From Paraspadella gotoi (Eukaryota > Animalia > Chaetognatha): a stretch of 8,863 bases of DNA. The translations under genes and the position numbers were made by a program. This document shows, piece by piece, positions 8,224-8,863 of the stretch (position 1 is its first letter; each line of letters starts with the position of its first letter). Under the pieces are notes generated by a model that had not been told where the DNA came from, did not search any database, and saw nothing but the letters and a program-made list of their open reading frames with translations. The DNA is taken from contig CM119267.1 in the NCBI GenBank assembly GCA_051294375.1, positions 167,413 through 176,275 of the forward strand. The letters run 5' to 3'.

Positions 8224-8616
8224 CATAAAGATTAAAAAATCTAAAAGACTCAGAGATCGAGCCATGCAGCCCACTATTCGATAGAAATTAATGAAAAAAC
8301 CGGCGAAAAAAACGAATGCAATTCATACAGGGCGATACACAGAATTGCTTGATGTACTTAGTAATGCATTTGAGGGTAATACTCCAATTGATTGAATGTT
8401 AATAGTAAATCTTATTGAATGTAATAGGAATTGGATTATTGGATTCGATGATATATCAATTATTGATGCCGATGATTCAGGTCATTCACTAGGCTGATCG
8501 ATGTAGTATCATGACGTAGAATGCTCATCATGACTGCGATGCATTCGCATTCATATGTCGCGATGATTGTATTCAGTGGGATAAGCAATAAAACAAACAA
8601 ATGCGTGCTATGAGTG

Positions 8617-8710
8617 AAAAGAGAGAGAGGAGCAGAGAGAGAGAGTAGAGAGAGAAATGAAGAGAGCGAGAAGTTAAAGAGAGAGAGAGACGACTGTAGA
8701 ATATGAGAGA
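8617..8710. repeat. Imperfect (AG)n tract
   Basis: Directly visible. Confidence 0.75.
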
Positions 8711-8863
8711 TGAGTAAGAATATCGTATATAATCTCTACGAAAATCTGGGGGGATGAAAATTAGGAGGATTAATTGCTATGAATGGAAAAATTAAGCGCG
8801 GAATACAATGGCAATAGATAAAAGTTTTAGAAGGAAAAAAATAATCAGATTTTCAAAAAAACC

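Overview
This is AT-rich, intron-containing animal (probably invertebrate) genomic DNA, not prokaryotic. The minus strand carries seven phase-compatible GT-AG exons (5352->1346) of a Cys-loop ligand-gated ion channel subunit. They cover most of the extracellular domain, the Cys-loop, M1 and M2; the extracellular domain resembles the GABA-A alpha/Grd/8916 group and the pore has an anion-type PAR motif. The exon expected next (VPYATA..M3..EY, 56-166) is present with intact splice sites and matching phase, but on the opposite (+) strand, and I found no minus-strand copy in the window. Possible explanations are an inversion, trans-splicing, an inverted duplicate or paralog, or misassembly. The introns and upstream region hold purine/pyrimidine tracts, tandem arrays that begin at splice donors, a 71-bp minisatellite and a DINE-1/HINE-like non-autonomous element. 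Several indel-like anomalies suggest an error-prone long-read sequence. I could not identify the first exon(s) or the M4 exon.
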